In this document: positions 40,685-53,478 of the stretch, in pieces
How the letters are laid out: every line of letters begins with the position of its first letter
Position numbering within the stretch: position 1 is the first letter of the stretch
Assembly (NCBI GenBank): GCA_039931515.1
Contig: JBDTRU010000016.1
Source of the DNA: Rhizobacter sp.
GTDB lineage: Bacteria > Pseudomonadota > Gammaproteobacteria > Burkholderiales > Burkholderiaceae_C
Strand: one strand, 5' to 3'
DNA length: 64,000 nucleotides
Position numbers and translations under genes: made by a program
The notes under the pieces: generated by a model
What the model was told of the DNA's origin: nothing
Seen by the model: only the letters and a program-made list of their open reading frames with translations
The model's database searches: none

Positions 40685-40799
40685 GACGATGAGCGCCAAA
40701 GAGAGCCAACAATGATTCGCCCGTGCGGTGCGCTGCACAGTGGATAGGCCCCGCACGGGCACCGGCGAAAAATCAACAGCAGAATCTTCGCTTCGATGC

Positions 40800-41300
40800 C
40801 GCGACCCCGAGCTGCAGAAAGACACCCGCATGGGCCCGCTGGCCAACAGCCGCCGTGTCGAGGCAATGCAGATGTTCGTCGACGACGCGGTGGGCAAGGG
40901 CGCCAAGCTCGCGCTCGGCGGCAAACGGATCGACACCGAAGCTTATTTCTTCGAGCCGACCGTGCTGACCGACGTGCCGGCCAACGCACGCATCCTGAGC
41001 GAAGAGCCCTTCGGGCCCATCGCACCCATCGTCCCGTTCAAGAGCTTCGACGAAGTGGTGGCCGAATCCAACCGCCTGCCCTTCGGCCACGCGGCTTTCG
41101 CTTTCACGAAATCGCTGAAGACCGCCTCGGCCATCAGCGCGGCGATCGAGAGCGGCATGGTGTCGATCAACCACTTCGGCCTGGCCTTGCCCGAAGTGCC
41201 CTTCGGCGGTATCAAAGACTCGGGCTGCGGCACCGAGGGCGGCAACGACGCCATCGGCGCTTATCTCAACAGCAAGTTCGTGACGCAGGTCGGGCTGTAG
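40800..41300 (+). pseudogene. 5'-truncated aldehyde dehydrogenase (SSADH-like) remnant
   Basis: Only C-terminal ~165 aa: 'MGPLANSRR', 'EEPFGP', 'ESGMVSIN', 'PFGGIKDSG.GTEGG'; no NAD-binding or catalytic Cys region upstream. Confidence 0.7.
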
Positions 41301-41312
41301 ACGCAGCCCTGG

Positions 41313-42719
41313 TCAGGCCTTGGCGCCTGACTCGTTGCCGGCGTCCTTGTCCTGGATGTAGACCGCGCCGGTTGGCTGGTCGCCGGCCGCCATCTTCACG
41401 TTGCGGCGGCGCCAGACCCAGGCCTTGAAGGCCTGCGGCCAGATGCTGATGCACGAGCAGTAGTAGATGAACTTGAAGCCGATCAGGCGCGGCCACACCG
41501 GCGTGTCGCGGAACAAGTCACCCGCGAGGATGGACAGCAGCGCCTCTTGCATGCGCCACACGTTGCGCGGCTGCATGAAGATCTTGCGGATGGCCGGCGA
41601 GGTGATGCGGTAGATGAACCACGAGAACATCTTCGGGCCGTGGATCATCACGCGCTCGAAACGGCGAAACTGTTTCTCGGCCATCTGCGCTTCGCCCTTG
41701 AGCCAGTGGTCAACGGCGGTCGCGCTCTCGAACGCGCTGTTCATCGCCAGGAACACGCCAGACGAGAACATCGGGTCGACGAAGGCAAAGGCGTCACCGA
41801 TCATCACGAAGCGGTCGCCGCGGCAAAATTTTGAGTCGTAGGCATAGTTGCCGGTGGTCGTGGCCGGCTCGATCATGGTCGCGTCTTTCAGGCGCTCGGC
41901 GAGCTTGGGGGCCAGCGCGATCGTCTGCATCAAGAAGTCGTCGAGGCTCGCGCCTTTTCGGTGCTCCTTGAAGTAGCCCGGGTGCGCGACCGCGCCCACG
42001 CTGGTCGTGCCGTCGAGCAGCGGGATGAACCAGAACCAGCCGTGATCAAACCAGAACAGCGTGATGCTGCCCTCCCAGCGGCCGGGCGCGCGCTGCGCAT
42101 TCTTGAAGTGACCGAAGAGCGCGGCGCTCGCATGCTTGCGGTTGCGCAGCTTGGCGTCGAACTTGTTGGACAACAGCGTGTCGCGCCCACTCGCGTCGAC
42201 CACGAAACGCGGGTGCCAGGTGGTCTCGCTGCCGTCGTCTGCCGTGGCCTTGATGAGCGCCCGCTTCTCGCTGCTCTGGTCGGCGTCCATCTCGACATTG
42301 GCCACTCGCATGCCTTCGAAGGTGCGCGCGCCACGCTTGGCCGCGTGGCGGAACAGCATCTCGTCGAACTCGGAGCGGCGCACGTGCACGGCATACGGGA
42401 AAGATTTGTCCATCGCCTCGGCAAACAAGAAGCGGCTGGTGTGGTCGTGCCACGGCGAGACAAACTCGGCACCGTGCTTGGTGATGCCGATGGCCTCGAC
42501 CTCGGTGCGCACACCCAGGCGATCAAACAGCGGCATGTTCATCGGTAGCAACGATTCGCCGATGTGAAAGCGCGGGTGGTGCGCCTTCTCGAACATCACC
42601 ACGTCGTGGCCCATGTCGGCCAGCAGCGCCGCCATCGTCGAGCCGGCCGGCCCGCCACCGATGACCACGACATCGGGGTTGTTGCCTGTGAACTGCTTGG
42701 GGGCCATTGGGGGATTCAT
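41313..42719 (-). CDS. Flavin-dependent halogenase-family oxidoreductase
   Basis: GxGxxG 'GGGPAG', 'PRFHIGESLLP', WxWxIP 'WFWFIP', 'GDAFAFVDPMFSSG'. Confidence 0.75.
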   Translation of the reverse strand: MNPPMAPKQFTGNNPDVVVIGGGPAGSTMAALLADMGHDVVMFEKAHHPRFHIGESLLPMNMPLFDRLGVRTEVEAIGITKHGAEFVSPWHDHTSRFLFAEAMDKSFPYAVHVRRSEFDEMLFRHAAKRGARTFEGMRVANVEMDADQSSEKRALIKATADDGSETTWHPRFVVDASGRDTLLSNKFDAKLRNRKHASAALFGHFKNAQRAPGRWEGSITLFWFDHGWFWFIPLLDGTTSVGAVAHPGYFKEHRKGASLDDFLMQTIALAPKLAERLKDATMIEPATTTGNYAYDSKFCRGDRFVMIGDAFAFVDPMFSSGVFLAMNSAFESATAVDHWLKGEAQMAEKQFRRFERVMIHGPKMFSWFIYRITSPAIRKIFMQPRNVWRMQEALLSILAGDLFRDTPVWPRLIGFKFIYYCSCISIWPQAFKAWVWRRRNVKMAAGDQPTGAVYIQDKDAGNESGAKA

Positions 42720-42792
42720 GTGGGGCTTGGGGGGTGATGTGACGGGGGATGAACAACTGCCGACGAGGCTACGGCCAAGGCAGCGCCAGATT

Positions 42793-43593
42793 CTATTTCG
42801 GCGCAAGCGCAATCGGCGCGGTGGAGGTGATGGCTCCGAACGCCGAATACGAGTACCTCATGTCGAGCACGCCATCGTTGTCGGTATCGGCGTCTGCTTC
42901 GACCAACCTGCCGAGGCGATACCGCTCGGCACGCACGACATGGCCCGAAACGGCGCTGACGTATTCCGTCGATTGAAGAACGCCGTGGCTGAAGTAATAG
43001 CGCAGGTCAGGAAAGCCGTCGCCATCGCTGTCGGTTTCGCTGTACTCGATGTTGCCTTGGTAGAAGCGCTGGTGGGTCTCGAAGACGCCATTGAAGTCAT
43101 CATCGCTTTCAGCCGAGTCGATCTGGCCTCTCAGGTCGTAGTGCGCGATGTAGTCGATCTTGCCGTCCAGGTTTCGATCGACCTCCATCTTGACGAGTGC
43201 GCCGCTGGGCGAATACGTCCAGCGCTCGTCGATCACGCCGTCACGGTTGTGGTCGACCCCCTCCACGCTCACAGGTGCACGAAAGAAGGCTGACGACGCG
43301 GTCACGCCGATCAGCAGGCCAACCACGCCGCCGGCAAATGCATTCGACTTGCGCCTGGCAGGGCGAGGTGTCGGGTCGGTGACCTGCGTCGACTCCCATC
43401 GCGCGATGGCGGCTCGCCCGGCTTCGTAGCGCTCGTCTTCGACCAGCAGCCTGACCAACCCACTGGCCGGCAGCTCGCCGATGGCACCCTGCAGATAGGC
43501 GCCGTGCACGGTCGCCTCGATGCCTTCCTGCTTGAGCAGGTCTTGCAGCATGTGGGCCTCGACCGCACTCGCGGCCTCATAGAGCGTTTTCAT
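42793..43593 (-). CDS. DUF2007-like N-terminal domain, TM helix and five Dx[DN]x[DN]G repeats
   Basis: 'LYEAASAVEAHMLQDLLKQEGIEA'; TM 'AFAGGVVGLLIGVTASSAFF'; DHNRDG, DRNLDG, DDDFNG, DSDGDG, DTDNDG. Confidence 0.65.
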   Translation of the reverse strand: MKTLYEAASAVEAHMLQDLLKQEGIEATVHGAYLQGAIGELPASGLVRLLVEDERYEAGRAAIARWESTQVTDPTPRPARRKSNAFAGGVVGLLIGVTASSAFFRAPVSVEGVDHNRDGVIDERWTYSPSGALVKMEVDRNLDGKIDYIAHYDLRGQIDSAESDDDFNGVFETHQRFYQGNIEYSETDSDGDGFPDLRYYFSHGVLQSTEYVSAVSGHVVRAERYRLGRLVEADADTDNDGVLDMRYSYSAFGAITSTAPIALAPK

Positions 43594-43731
43594 GAATGAA
43601 GGTGTCGCGTCGTGCTGGCTGGCCTCGAATCGGCGCATCCATGAACAAGCCCTCAGTGTGACCGATGCCATCGGCCAAGCTGCTCGCCGAGCGCTAGGGA
43701 AAACCGCCATGCAGTGGCCGCGTGTGTCTTT

Positions 43732-48072
<4,341 letters not shown>

Positions 48073-48230
48073 GGTGCTTCGGCAGGTGGCCACCGTGCAA
48101 ACAGCATATCGCCAGCCGACCCGACCGTGGCAGATCGGGCTGCCGGCAGGGATATCAAGCACCCGACAGGCCGCGCCGGAACATCGTTTGCTGCACAACT
48201 GGCATCCCCCGACACACAAGGAGCGCGGCG

Positions 48231-48614
48231 ATGAGCAAATCCCCCGGTCATCAGCAGTTTCCGGATCACAAGATCCAAGAGCAGCGCGTTGGCATCTGGA
48301 TGAAGGTCGAGGTGGATGGCGAGGTTGTGGCCGACTCGATCGACGTCATTCGCGTCGTCGAAGATCACCACCCCGTGCGCTACTACTTCCCGCGCAGCGA
48401 TGTGGCGATGAGCCTGCTCAAGCGCACCGAGACGAAGACGGTGTGCCCCTTCAAGGGGCAGGCGCGCTACTACACACTGAAAGTGGGCAGCAAAGTGTTG
48501 CCCGATACAGTCTGGACCTACGAAGACCCCTACGACGAACACCTTGCACTGCAGGGCAGGCTGGCGTTCTACGAAGAAAAGATCCCGGGCATCCGCATCG
48601 AGCCGAGGGCGTAG
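48231..48614 (+). CDS. DUF427 domain protein
   Basis: RBS AAGGAG; 'HPVRYYFPRSDV', 'TVCPFKGQARYY', 'WTYEDP'. Confidence 0.85.
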   Translation: MSKSPGHQQFPDHKIQEQRVGIWMKVEVDGEVVADSIDVIRVVEDHHPVRYYFPRSDVAMSLLKRTETKTVCPFKGQARYYTLKVGSKVLPDTVWTYEDPYDEHLALQGRLAFYEEKIPGIRIEPRA

Positions 48615-48616
48615 GC

Positions 48617-49438
48617 TCAGTTGCGAATCGGCTTCACGAACTTCAGCGTCATGCGGTCTGATTCGCCGATTGCCACGAAGCTCGCGCGATCGACCTCGCC
48701 GCCACGCAGTGTGGGCGGCAGCGACCACACGCCGTCCGGGTGATCGTGGTTGTCTCTGGGGTTGGCATTGGTCTCGGAGCGACCGGCCAGCTCGAAGCCT
48801 GCGGCCTTCGCGTGCTCGATCACATAGGCCTCGGGCACATAGCCGCTCTTCTTGATCTGCTCGAGCGTGGTGCCAGGTGGCGCGCGGTGCTCTTCGACAC
48901 CCAGCACGCCGCCCGGCTTGAGCACGGCATGGAAGGCACGCAGCGTGTCGTCGAAGTGGTCGGTTTCGATCCAGTTGTGCACGTTGCGAAAGGTCAGCAC
49001 CAGGTCGGCACCGCCGGCCACGTTGATGTCGGTGAAGCCCGCCTTCAGCGGCATGGTGCCGAGCTTCACGCCGTCGTAGACAGTCGGGTTGGCTTGCAGC
49101 TTGTCCTCGAAGCCCGCTCGCGCCTTGCGTTCATCAGCCGATCCGTCGACCGGATAGTGCGCCGCATACAGCACCCCTTTGTCGTGCAGCACAGGCGCAA
49201 GGATCTCGGTGTACCAGCCGCCGCCCGGCGCGATCTCGATCACCGTCTGGTCGGGGCGCAGGCCGAAGAAGAGCAATGTCTCTTTCGGGTGGCGCGCAGC
49301 ATCGCGTGCCTTGTGGGCCTCGCTGCGCTGCGGGCCGGCGATGGCCCGGTCGAGCAGGCTCTCTACGGGCTGGGGTTGGGGCTGTGCATGGGCGGCCACC
49401 GACATCACCGCAACCAACAGCATCGACATCAACTTCAT
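48617..49438 (-). CDS. Predicted exported class I SAM-dependent methyltransferase
   Basis: Signal peptide; 'RDAARHPKETLLFFG', 'VIEIAPGGGWYTEIL', 'LTFRNVHNW', 'ESDRMTLKFVKP'. Confidence 0.8.
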   Translation of the reverse strand: MKLMSMLLVAVMSVAAHAQPQPQPVESLLDRAIAGPQRSEAHKARDAARHPKETLLFFGLRPDQTVIEIAPGGGWYTEILAPVLHDKGVLYAAHYPVDGSADERKARAGFEDKLQANPTVYDGVKLGTMPLKAGFTDINVAGGADLVLTFRNVHNWIETDHFDDTLRAFHAVLKPGGVLGVEEHRAPPGTTLEQIKKSGYVPEAYVIEHAKAAGFELAGRSETNANPRDNHDHPDGVWSLPPTLRGGEVDRASFVAIGESDRMTLKFVKPIRN

Positions 49439-49465
49439 CGGAGAACCTTCCACGTCGTTGTCCCG

Positions 49466-49488
49466 GCCCTTCGACCGGCTCTGAACGG
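49466..49488. repeat. Degenerate single REP arm
   Basis: GCCCTTCGACCGGCTCTGAACGG vs family GCCCTTCGACAGGCTCAGGGCGAACGG (4-nt deletion). Confidence 0.5.
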
Positions 49489-49553
49489 GCCGGGCTGAGC
49501 CAGCGCCCCAATCTACGGCATCGATCGTCGCTCAATGCCGAAAGACCCTGGGC

Positions 49554-50144
49554 TCAGATCGCGAACGACAACTCCATCGGGTGGGCGCGATCCACCCGGC
49601 GCGCACGCTCAGCGCGGTGGATCATCAGCTCGACCATGGTCTTGGCCTGCGGCAACGCGCCGAAACCCGATTCAGTGTTGATGTGGCCCACGTCGCCGAG
49701 GTTGATGAAGTGCGAGCCCCACAGCCGCGCCCAGGCGCGGGCGCTGTCGGCGTGCATCCACGGGTCGGTGTCGCTGCCAATGAGGGCGCTGGGCACCACA
49801 AGCCTTGACTGCGGCAGGCGCGACGCCACGCCAAATTTCTCGGGGTCGGCGGGCGCAACCAGCAAGGCCGCATGGATGCCCTGGCCCTCTTGCGCCAAAT
49901 AACGAGCGAGCGCCAGGCAGCCGAAGCTGTGGCCCACGGCCACCCAGCGTGCCGCAGGTTCACGCGCCACGGTGACGGCCACACGGTCGGCCCAGCGCTC
50001 CAGATCGGCGCGCCCCCAATCGTCTTGCTGCACGCGCACCGAATGCCGAAAGTGCGCCTGCAGCCAGGTCTGCCAATGCGCTGGCCCGCTGTCGTGCAGG
50101 CCCGGCACGACGAGCACGCGCACCGGGTCTCCCTTGAAGGCCAT
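49554..50144 (-). CDS. RBBP9/YdeN-family alpha/beta hydrolase
   Basis: 'VPGLHDSGPAHWQTW', nucleophile elbow 'GHSFG', 'SDTDPW', 'GHIN..SGFG'. Confidence 0.85.
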   Translation of the reverse strand: MAFKGDPVRVLVVPGLHDSGPAHWQTWLQAHFRHSVRVQQDDWGRADLERWADRVAVTVAREPAARWVAVGHSFGCLALARYLAQEGQGIHAALLVAPADPEKFGVASRLPQSRLVVPSALIGSDTDPWMHADSARAWARLWGSHFINLGDVGHINTESGFGALPQAKTMVELMIHRAERARRVDRAHPMELSFAI

Positions 50145-50156
50145 GGCGGTGCAGCC

Positions 50157-50375
50157 CTACAAGGTGGCGATCGAGACTTCAGTCGACTTGACCAGCGCGA
50201 CCACGTCGCGCCCGGGCTCCAGGCCCAGCTCCTTGACCGAGCGGGTGGTGATGACCGAGGTGACGATCAGGCCCGAGGGCGTCTCGACGTCGATCTCGGA
50301 CACGACCGGGCCGAGGATGATTTCCTTGACCTTGCCGCGGAACTGGTTGCGTACATTGATGGCGGTGATGCTCAT
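50157..50375 (-). CDS. TOBE/molybdopterin-binding (Mop, SsuF-like) protein
   Basis: 'AINVRNQFRGKVKEI..GPVVSE', 'SVITTRSVKELGL', 'ALVKSTEV'. Confidence 0.88.
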   Translation of the reverse strand: MSITAINVRNQFRGKVKEIILGPVVSEIDVETPSGLIVTSVITTRSVKELGLEPGRDVVALVKSTEVSIATL

Positions 50376-50428
50376 TGGGATCTCCTTGGTGAGCGATGGG
50401 AAAGGCGGTGAGAAAAAGGCAGTGAAAT

Positions 50429-51067
50429 TCAGACCGACCAGCGCACGCTGCGCGTCGGCCAGGGCGCCAGCAGCTCTTCGCTGCCGCGGGCGCGCGACAG
50501 CAAGGCGTCGCGCTCGCGGGCCGCGTCTTCCTGGCGTTGAAAGTCTTCGGCGCGATCGAGCAGGGTTTGCAGGCTGCGCCGCACACGCTCCTGCACATCG
50601 GCCGAAGGCTGGTAGCCCTGCGTCTCGTGTTTGGGGATTTGCGGGTCGGTCGCAAACACCGGGTCGAGAATGTCGCGCGCACCGAGCGCCGACAGCACGG
50701 GCTTGAGCGCGTAGTCGAGTGCCAGCAGGTGGGCGATGCTGCCGCCGGTGGCCAGGGGCAGCACGGTCTTGTCGCGCAGGCCGTCTTGCGGCAACAGGTC
50801 AAGAAAGGCCTTCAGCAAACCGCTGTAAGCCGCCTTGTAGATGGGGGTGGACACCAGCACCACCTGCGCCTCGCTCACTTCGAGCAGCGCCTGCTGGATG
50901 AGTGGGTGGTCGAACTGCGCATGCAGCAAGGCCTCGCCCGGCAGGTCGCGTACAGAGATGGTGTGCATGCTGCTCGCCACCGATTGCAGCCTCGCCTGGG
51001 CCAGCTGCAGCAAGCTGTTCGAGCGCGACGAGACAGCGGGGCTGCCCAGGATGCCAACGATCTTCAT
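50429..51067 (-). CDS. ssuE: NADPH-dependent FMN reductase
   Basis: 'GSPAVSSRS', 'TPIYKAAYSGLLKAFLDLLPQ', 'ATGGSIAHLLALDYALKP'. Confidence 0.92.
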   Translation of the reverse strand: MKIVGILGSPAVSSRSNSLLQLAQARLQSVASSMHTISVRDLPGEALLHAQFDHPLIQQALLEVSEAQVVLVSTPIYKAAYSGLLKAFLDLLPQDGLRDKTVLPLATGGSIAHLLALDYALKPVLSALGARDILDPVFATDPQIPKHETQGYQPSADVQERVRRSLQTLLDRAEDFQRQEDAARERDALLSRARGSEELLAPWPTRSVRWSV

Positions 51068-51094
51068 GGATGCGGTGCGAGAAAGAAGAAGGCC

Positions 51095-51148
51095 ACGATA
51101 CGCGCCTGATCTCATTCAGCAAACGAACAAGAACGGCTTTCGATAGAG
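51095..51148 (-). promoter_or_regulatory. Putative CysB-family-activated promoter of ssuE (partial motif)
   Basis: Minus strand TCGTTT-N20-TATCGT; the upstream AAGCA box is degenerate. Confidence 0.45.
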
Positions 51149-51251
51149 GCAACCCGCATAACCGCGACGCACAGAGCGCGCCGAGAAGGCGTGGCTGTGA
51201 ACGAGCCGCCGGCCGCAGCGCGGCTGACACGTTCACATCACTGAAGAAGAA

Positions 51252-51602
51252 TCAAGGCTTGACGCCTTCCTTGATTTCCTTTTTCTCGTCTTCATGGATC
51301 TTCATGGCATGAGCCTTCTCGGCCTTGGCGGTGGCGCGAGCTTCTTTCTTGCAGGCGTGTTCGGCCATGCCGTCGGACGAGGTTTCGCAATCGGCCTTGT
51401 TCAAGTCCTTGTTGGCATTGGCAATCTTCTTGCGTGCCTTGTACTCAGCCTTGGAATGGACCTTGGCATCCTTTTGCTCCTGGGTGGAGATAGGCGGTGT
51501 CGCGGTCGAGACAGTACTCTCGCTGTTGGGCACTTCGGCCGAGGCAATGCCACAGCCCATCGTGGCGACGACCATCGAAGCGATCAGTAGTTTCTTGTTC
51601 AT
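51252..51602 (-). CDS. Small secreted Lys/Ala-rich protein with one Cys pair
   Basis: RBS GGAG; signal 'MNKKLLIASMVVATMGCGIASA'; 'KADC...HACKKEARA'. Confidence 0.65.
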   Translation of the reverse strand: MNKKLLIASMVVATMGCGIASAEVPNSESTVSTATPPISTQEQKDAKVHSKAEYKARKKIANANKDLNKADCETSSDGMAEHACKKEARATAKAEKAHAMKIHEDEKKEIKEGVKP

Positions 51603-51710
51603 GCGATCTCCTATTGGCGACTGGACGACCCAGCCTGACCACAGTGCGGCAATCGGCGTGCCGCAAGAGCATTCGGCAAATATTGCCGAGGTTTGCGATG
51701 ATGCTGGCCT

Positions 51711-52061
51711 ATGCCCTCGCCGACCCCTGATCCCGTGATGCTGGTAGCCTGCCTGTGCGCCCAGTGGTGCGCGAGCTGCCGTGAATACCGCAGCACCTTC
51801 GACGCTGTGGCAGCGGCTTTCACGCAGATGCGTTTCCTGTGGGTCGACATCGAAGACGAGGCCGATCTCGTCGACCCGGTGGAGGTTGAAAACTTCCCCA
51901 CGCTGCTGATCGCCTCGGCCGCCGGCCCGCTTTTCTTCGGGCCACTCACGCCACACAAGGAAACGCTGGTGCGACTGCTGCGCAAGCATGCCCAAGCGCC
52001 CGGCTCGCCCACGCTGGCCGATGCCGAGCTGCAGGCCTTGGTGCAGCGCCTGCAGGCGTAG
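51711..52061 (+). CDS. Thioredoxin-family protein (start may be 51738)
   Basis: 'ACLCAQWCASC', 'WVDIEDEAD', cis-Pro 'ENFPTLLI'. Confidence 0.82.
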   Translation: MPSPTPDPVMLVACLCAQWCASCREYRSTFDAVAAAFTQMRFLWVDIEDEADLVDPVEVENFPTLLIASAAGPLFFGPLTPHKETLVRLLRKHAQAPGSPTLADAELQALVQRLQA

Positions 52062-52234
52062 ACCTGCAACAACCCCCTTGCCGTCCCGGTCAAAGCTGCC
52101 GATGCCTCTGCAGGGGGCGTGACAAAGTGACCGATGAAGCGAACACGCCGGCCGGGCGCGACGATGCCGCATGGCATGCAGCGCAAGCTCAGGTGACTGC
52201 CCAACCTGTGGGACCGATCGAAAGAAGACCTTCA

Positions 52235-52747
52235 GTGACGACGTATCTCGAAGTGCGCGCCGCGCTGCTGGCGCGTCAAGAAATCGCCTTGCTCGACGTG
52301 CGCGAGGAAGACCCGTTTGCCCAGGCCCACCCCCTGTTTGCGGCCAACCTGTCGTGGTCGCGGTTGGAGCTCGAAGCCTGACCGCGCATTCCGCGGCGCG
52401 ACACGCGCATCGTCGTCTATGACGACGGCGAAGGCCTGGCCGCGAGCGCGGCAGAGCGGCTGCGTTCGCTCGGCTACACCGAAGTGAGCGACCTCGATGG
52501 CGGGTTGGCCGGTTGGCGCGAAGCCGCCGCCTGGGCCGCCATGGGCCACGCCACCGAACACGGCGAAACGCGGTTGGCCTCGCCGCGCATCGACCGCTAC
52601 CGCCGGCCCTATGAAGGCACGAACAACCCGCGCGAGGCGATGCAAGGCTACCTGGACTGGGAGTACGGGCTGGTGGCCCAACTGGGCCGCGACGGCACGC
52701 ACGGGTTCAGCGTGCTCAGCGCCGAAGCAATTGCAGCAGCCAGCTAG
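52235..52747 (+). pseudogene. Decayed multi-domain rhodanese-related sulfurtransferase (in-frame TGA plus large in-frame deletion)
   Basis: 'LLDVREEDPFAQAHPLFAAN...LELEA*PRIPRRDTRIVVYDDGEG...GGLAGWREA|AAWAAMG...RYRRPYEGTNN...YLDWEYGLVAQL'; TGA at 52379-81. Confidence 0.75.
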
Positions 52748-53361
52748 GCGCGCGCTGCGGCAGCAATGCTGAGCGTGGCGAAGCTCATCGCCGCGTCGGC
52801 CGCATAGCCCGCAGGCATCACGGCCGCGGCCGCGCTCGACAACTGGAAGGCGCCTTCCATCAAGGCGACCAGACCCGCGGCGAGCAGCGGGGCGCCTGCC
52901 GTTGCGCGGCGGCGATCGGTCAGGCAATCGGACAGCAGCCGCGTGAGTTCGGCAAGTTCTGCCGCCACGGCCTGCTCATACAAGGCCCGCACTTCGGGCT
53001 GGCGCACGGCCTCGGCGCCGATCATCACCCAGGCGGCCACCATGTCGGGCGCAGCCCCGGCACCCAGACCCAGTCGCGCCTCGATGTAGGCGCGCAAACG
53101 CTCGGCAGGCCGCTGGGTCTCGGAGGCCGAGCGCTCGAAGCGGGCACGCGCGAACTCCATGATGGCCTTGACCAGCGAGACCAGGATTTCCTGTTTGCTT
53201 TTGAAGTGGTAGTGGATCAGGCCCGGTGTGAGCCCGGCTTCGCGGGCAATGGCCTGAATGGTGGCGCGCTCGAAGCCATGCTGCGCCATCACCGGCAGCA
53301 TGGCTGCCACGATGGCAGCACGGCGGTGTTCGGTGTTGGCAATGCTTGCAGTACGGGCCAT
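52744..53361 (-). CDS. TetR-family regulator (BetI-like)
   Basis: HTH 'GFERATIQAIAREAGLTPGLIHYHFKSKQEIL'. Confidence 0.9.
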   Translation of the reverse strand: MARTASIANTEHRRAAIVAAMLPVMAQHGFERATIQAIAREAGLTPGLIHYHFKSKQEILVSLVKAIMEFARARFERSASETQRPAERLRAYIEARLGLGAGAAPDMVAAWVMIGAEAVRQPEVRALYEQAVAAELAELTRLLSDCLTDRRRATAGAPLLAAGLVALMEGAFQLSSAAAAVMPAGYAADAAMSFATLSIAAAARA

Positions 53362-53372
53362 GGGCGTGATTT

Positions 53373-53392
53373 ATTTGGTTACCTGACCAAAT
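53373..53392. promoter_or_regulatory. Putative TetR operator 1
   Basis: ATTTGGT-N6-ACCAAAT. Confidence 0.6.
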
Positions 53393-53430
53393 TCTACTTG
53401 CGAGCGGCCCGATCGGGCTATAGACTTTTC

Positions 53431-53456
53431 ATAAATTGGTTGTTTGACCAATTTAT
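53431..53456. promoter_or_regulatory. Putative TetR operator 2
   Basis: ATAAATTGGT-N6-ACCAATTTAT, a perfect 10-bp inverted repeat. Confidence 0.7.
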
Positions 53457-53478
53457 TGATTGACCAGCTAGGCACGTC

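Noticed and set aside
52379-52381. TGA as selenocysteine
   Set aside because: The position is not a catalytic Cys site, Trp is more plausible, and I see no convincing SECIS; the gene is also internally deleted.
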